The notes below the pieces were generated by a model that ran no database searches, was not told the origin of the DNA, and saw only the letters and a program-made list of their open reading frames with translations. A DNA stretch of 64,000 nucleotides from Neoechinorhynchus agilis. Its lineage: Eukaryota; Animalia; Acanthocephala. The stretch spans positions 9,712,784 to 9,776,783 of the forward strand of contig CM121341.1 in assembly GCA_051530055.1 (NCBI GenBank). Reading direction: 5' to 3'. This document shows positions 61,670 through 64,000 of this stretch, one piece after another. A program made the position numbers and the translations under genes. The first letter of the stretch is position 1. The number at the start of each line of letters is the position of its first letter.

Positions 61670-62160
61670 CCAATCAACCCTACCACCACAATTTCTTCCA
61701 CATATCACCTCCTTTTCATACGAGCACAACACTCGTAATCCTAATTCGTTTCACCCTCCATCGACCTCGCACCTCTCTATACTTACGCTCTTTTTTCCAT
61801 GCTGCCCAATTTTCTCGGATATCATAACCTGAAATGATTCTGAGCAACGACCAACCTCACAAGCTCTCTTGTAAACGAGAACCACCGAATTCCGGACCAG
61901 AACGGACCTTCCAACCCAACCGATATTTTCAAATGAATGGGCACATCTTCACCCGAACGAAGCTCCCCCGACTGGTTATTCTGATCCGAATAGACATCCT
62001 TCCGACCAGATATTACCACCCACACGGGCTTCCCTCGACTGGATGTTCCCATCCTAACGGATACGCTTTTTTGAACAATTGTGAACTCGAATGCTTATGA
62101 GGATCCAAACGGGCAAGTGGGTCCTCCTATTCTTTATATATAAACACGTTTTATTAATTT
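61670..62160 (+). mobile_element. CR1/L2-like LINE 3'-end copy
   Basis: Same 3' UTR as 20522/21780 copies; stem-loop at 62099-62126; TAAACACGTTTTATTA end. Confidence 0.8.
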
Positions 62161-62169
62161 AAGAAAAGA

Positions 62170-63620
62170 ACGATCCATACACTTGCCAGCATCTATCTTT
62201 GCTGAAGGTGTCTGGACGGCGGATGTTGAAAGCAAGGGAGGTGGGACTTGTCTTTGAAGGAGTTTTAATGTGCGATCGGAGACTTTGTACAGGAGATGAC
62301 CGATTGGGAGTCTTTCCTTGTTCTCCGGTTGTTAAGGAAAGATTGGGCTTGGGCGAGGAAAGATTTTTGGTGGAGGGTGGTACGAGCGAGGGGAATGAAA
62401 AAAATCTCGGTTACGGGTGTTTACGAAGAAAGAGTATTTAGAGATGAAAGAAGAAAATTGTGGAGGGAGTTGAAGAAGACGGAGGGCGTTTTTGGAGAAA
62501 ATGGAGCGGAGGTGGGTGTCGAGGGGAGGGAGTGAAGTCTCGCATATTCTCGCTGCTCTCTTGTGAAGGGCTTCAAGGGAATGGAGAGCATTTGCGATAG
62601 GGAGGATGGCAGAGAGATAAAAGTAGGCAAGGTGTTTAGGGGATACGCTAAGGCGCCGGAGGAGGTAAAGACGAGGGTTTGTTTTAGAGAGTGTAAATGA
62701 AATGTGGGCATCCCATTTATGGTTTTCTTATAAAATCATGCCCAGTATTCGACGAAAAGGGGAGCATTGGATTGGGAGAGGGAGAGGCGCGGGGATAAGA
62801 TTGCGTTTGGAAATGTGGGGGACAAGCTCAAAAGATTTCGATAAATTTAGGGTGGAGAACGAGGAAATGAGATGGCTGAGCTCGTCCATGGTCGTGGAGA
62901 GGGAGAAAAAGAGAGATGCAATGGTAATGGCTGTGAGGTCATCAGCATAGAGAAAATAGGGAATGAAGGTCATTTAGAAAAATGTCAAGGAGGAGAGGGG
63001 AAAGTACGGCGCCTTGGGGGACCCCTTTAAATATGGGCAGAGAAGAGGAGCAAGAAGTTCCACATTGGATATATTGTTTGCGCTTGGAGAGGAAAGAGGA
63101 AATCCAAGCGAGTTGCCAGGTTGGGAGGCCAAAGGAAGCACATGATTTGAGGAGAAGGGAGTGATCGACCGACTCGAATGCCCTGGAAATATCCAGTTGC
63201 ACGAGATGGACGGTCGATGCTGGATTGGAATCTAAGTTGCGGACAAGCGTATCGTAAATGCAAAGGGGGGCGTTCGAACAAGAGTAATTGGGACGGAAAG
63301 CGAATTGGGAAGAGGAGAGGTTTTTGAGGAAGTAGGGAAGTAGACGGGTTTTAAACATTTTCCTAAAATTTTAGAGAAAGGTGAGAGGATAGAGATGGGA
63401 CGAAAGGATGTGGGGGAAATGCGTTTATTATTTTTGGGTAGGGGGACGACACGGGCTTCCTTAAGACACGATGGGAAAGAGCCCAATAGAAAGCTAAGGT
63501 TCGTTATGTGCGTTAGAGGATTGATAAGTTCCGGGATGATGAAGCGAATGGCCCAATTTGGGATAGTCGAATTAGGGGAAGAATGGCGGGGCACACGTTT
63601 AAGGATCTCTAGGACTTCTT
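62170..63620 (-). mobile_element. CR1/L2-like RT fragment
   Basis: FRPISILSPFSKIL, SQFAFRP, LDISRAFESVDH, GVPQGAVLSPLL, LYADD. Confidence 0.9.
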
Positions 63621-64000
63621 CTGAACAATAAACGTGTTATTATTATAACTTTAGAATAGAAAGCATTTTCAATACTCTCTTAAATTCTCGAGGTAATGAT
63701 CAATGGCCTAGAACTGACATCTTAGATGAATGGACAGATGGCAGAGCAGAGGTGGTAACAACTGAAGATGTCTCCTGCGGTTTTTAAACAAGGAAAAAGT
63801 TAAAGTTATTAAAGCCACGGAGTTGTTTAAAATAACAGATAAGCAGTCTGAGATCACAATCAAAGAAAATGATCACCGGGTTGAAGACAACACTTCAATG
63901 AGAACGTCATTATTTGCACTACTGCCATAGAAGTTCACAAAAGTATCAAGTACCAATTGGGGAAGATTACCCAAACAGACTGATTCAAGGCTTCAAATCA

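Overview
This is eukaryotic (animal) genomic DNA, not prokaryotic. It is AT-rich, with very short GT-AG introns (~40-50 nt) and several intronless genes; the host taxon cannot be determined from sequence alone. Layout: two satellite arrays (136-bp at 1-2.9 kb; 88-bp at 4.8-8.8 kb). Host genes are scattered across the window: TMEM208, a divergent FoxO-like forkhead, DNAAF1/LRRC50, an acetylcholinesterase-like gene, PUS10, a sigma-like GST and several orphans. These genes are interleaved with a dense retroelement graveyard: CRE-like RLE elements, CR1/L2-like and I/Jockey-like LINEs, RTE, Penelope-like and Gypsy. The most striking item is a ~2.4-kb decayed two-ORF segment (~35.97-38.42 kb) resembling a totivirus-like dsRNA virus (putative capsid plus N-terminal RdRp in the -1 frame). 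It sits between two LINE fragments that both point away from it. Also notable are a hammerhead-like motif in an inverted repeat upstream of a Penelope fragment, a satellite apparently amplified from one arm of a palindrome, and unusual substitutions in AChE and FoxO. All family assignments are by motif recognition without database searches. Element boundaries are approximate.
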